Of a stretch of DNA of 64,000 nt, positions 63,954 through 64,000 are shown piece after piece. This DNA comes from Calcarisporiella thermophila CBS 279.70. Taxonomy: Eukaryota; Fungi; Calcarisporiellomycota. Both the position numbers and the translations under genes were made by a program. Position 1 is the stretch's first letter, and each line of letters opens with the position of its first letter. The notes under the pieces were generated by a model. That model was not told where the DNA came from. It did not search any database and saw nothing but the letters and a program-made list of their open reading frames with translations. Location of the stretch: contig NW_027192191.1 of assembly GCF_041956535.1 (NCBI RefSeq), positions 1,127,443 to 1,191,442 on the forward strand, read 5' to 3'.

Positions 63954-64000
63954 CTTTTAACGGAATGATAAAATGCCTTAATTTTGTATTTATTTTAAGG

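Overview
Eukaryotic, gene-dense (about 30 protein genes in 64 kb) fungal DNA with short GT-AG introns (mostly 50-90 nt) and CTRAY branch points. The gene content points to an early-diverging (non-Dikarya) fungus, e.g. Mucoromycota/Zoopagomycota; this is inference. Most genes are housekeeping: bHLH and homeobox TFs, IML2/TTC39, sideroflexin, HSD10-like SDR, YAR1-like, KGD2, PIS1, MAM3/CNNM, makorin-like, CPS1-like GT2, HOM2, PCM1/PGM3, DPH3, SNX3, TRM1, RAC1, YTA7, a KH protein and gamma-tubulin. The most notable items: (1) an intronless orphan homologue of the cyanobacterial nuclease inhibitor NuiA, keeping its key inhibitory residues but with no nuclease partner nearby, a candidate inhibitor of Nuc1/EndoG-type nucleases; (2) neighbouring 'animal-like' genes absent from yeasts, gamma-secretase PEN-2 and an Integrator INTS10-like gene; (3) a plant-type LRR surface protein built from exact 72/144-nt exons; (4) an intron-containing, apparently mitochondrial SppA protease; (5) a candidate box C/D snoRNA in an oversized PIS1 intron; (6) a four-TM PPxY protein missed by the ORF track. 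No mobile elements, tRNA, rRNA or CRISPR were recognised. All exon structures were spliced by eye and homologies are from recall, not database searches.
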